DNA of 63,636 nt, filler included, from Choristocarpus tenellus KU-1152 (taxonomy: Eukaryota; Protista; Phaeophyceae), in NCBI GenBank assembly GCA_964200185.2. It is 9 parts of 9 records of this genome, joined end to end, with 100 filler letters (N's around TTAATTAATTAA, not from the genome) between each part and the next. Parts side by side here need not be neighbours in the genome. Positions count along the whole stretch, not along the records: positions 58,201 to 63,636 come from CAXNAD020010783.1; 8 more parts are not named here. One strand, 5' to 3'. Of this stretch, positions 62,283 to 63,636 are shown piece by piece; position 1 is the stretch's first letter; every line of letters starts with the position of its first letter. The notes beneath the pieces are model-generated. The model saw only the letters and a program-made list of their open reading frames with translations, ran no database searches and had not been told where the DNA came from. The position numbers and the translations under genes are program-made.

Positions 62283-62971
62283 AGATATTTATTGCAGCAT
62301 GGGTGTATGTGGTCTGGATGTGAACAAGGGGATATGGTCGATTGGAAGAGTAGGTTGCTGTGTCGGTCCTGGACCCAGTATGAAGGTGGAACCGGCCTTT
62401 TTTCACAATGTTGTGAGGGTGTTGTTCGGGGGAAGGGGCTTACACAATTTTTGGTCACGAAGTGTTACGCGGAGTACAGCCGTGTTGGATGACACCCCAC
62501 TTTGAAAGCATGGAGAAGGGTATGTTCGATACATCGACAACCGAAACCGCCCCGATTAGAATATCCTGAAAAGGTGTGCATCGCGTATGCGGTCAATTGC
62601 GAGTCACATCTAAAAGGTTATGAAAATATACCATGGAGCAAGTAGGACGAAGCGAATGGGGGTAGTTTATCGAATGGTAGAGTGTGTGTTTTGATCTGAA
62701 TTTTTTTGGGAAAGAGTTGACAAATGCATGGTGGGTGTCGCCCCAGACAATATTGGTGTATGTATGTACAGCAATTTACATGTTCTGTCGAATGGTAAAC
62801 TAATACGTACGAACGATGAGTTTTGTGGTGGAAGGGATACTGAACGTTTCATGTGATGTCGGTCAACACATATCCTCACATGCACATACCCATTGTCAGC
62901 GCCCCTTTCTCTATAGGAGATTTGAGATCACGATTGAGTTTTGTGGAAAGTCGAGGACTATGGTTTAGAGG

Positions 62972-63238
62972 CGTGCGGCTTCAAAGAGGTTGATATGTGG
63001 ACAGTTGCAACTTTTGCCATACTTTGTCGTACGGTAAAGTATGGCGAAAATGACATGAGACGTGTGGCTTGAAAAAATTTGGTATATGGACTGCCGCAAC
63101 TTTTGCCACACTTTGTCGTAGTACAAAGTACGACAAAAATGACATGATGTGTGTGGCTTCAAAAAAGTTGGTATGTGGACAGCTGCAATTTTTGCCATAC
63201 TTTGTCGTACGGTAAAGTATGGCAAAAATGACATGAGG
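62972..63238. repeat. 89-bp tandem repeat x3, each unit with an internal hairpin
   Basis: Units at 62972, 63061 and 63150. Unit 3 has the perfect 16-bp IR ATTTTTGCCATACTTT / AAAGTATGGCAAAAAT. Confidence 0.92.
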
Positions 63239-63636
63239 CGAGCAGATGAAGGAAGAGCGAAACATGACTTGGCATAATTTCATTATTGTGTAAGGGTGAG
63301 GGACGGTGTTAGGGTTAGGGCTGGGACAGGTGCTGGGGTTGGGATCGGAAACAGGAACTGGAAGGAACATCATTTGGTTCCGATACATATCGGAACGAGG
63401 TTATCGGAGAACATGAACTTTGTCGTTAGGTTTCATCCTGCTCTTGATGGGAGGACGTGTGCGTCACTGGTTCGGAATTACGGTGGAACTGGTGAACACC
63501 TCTCTGATTTCGATGCAAATGTGTGATTTCGGAAGGATATAGTGACCATATGCTTCGCTATGCCTAGTCTTCAAGAGCTAATCCCTCATTCAGGTAATTA
63601 CAGAACGCACAGGCTACAGTGGAGTGTGTCTTGCTG

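Overview
Eukaryotic nuclear DNA, repeat-rich and intron-rich. It is probably a stramenopile alga, inferred from the GT-AG introns, CCCTAA tracts and TE types; the taxon is not proven. The window is nine contigs joined by artificial 100-nt N/TTAATTAATTAA spacers, so adjacency across gaps is unreliable. Supported host genes are a Cof-type HAD hydrolase (18714-7189, minus), an ADIP/SSX2IP-like coiled-coil protein (49934-53001+, partial), S-formylglutathione hydrolase (53247-57741, partial) and tRNA-Asn(GTT). Mobile DNA includes a decayed Copia pol and Tc1-like, DD39D mariner-like, hAT and Sola2-like transposase remnants. About a dozen MITEs of at least four interior types share one terminal motif; four have verified 4-bp TSDs. 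The top candidate for something new is at 22547-23915: three phase-0 GT-AG exons splice into an HNH-NUMOD4-HNH-AP2 protein whose nuclease ligands look degenerate. This suggests a phage/virus-type homing endonuclease domesticated into an intron-containing DNA-binding gene. Also notable are a remodelled tRNA-like copy in tandem with tRNA-Asn next to an orphan AT-rich ORF, a divergent pair of short-intron orphan pseudogenes, and tandem arrays sitting on 3' splice sites.
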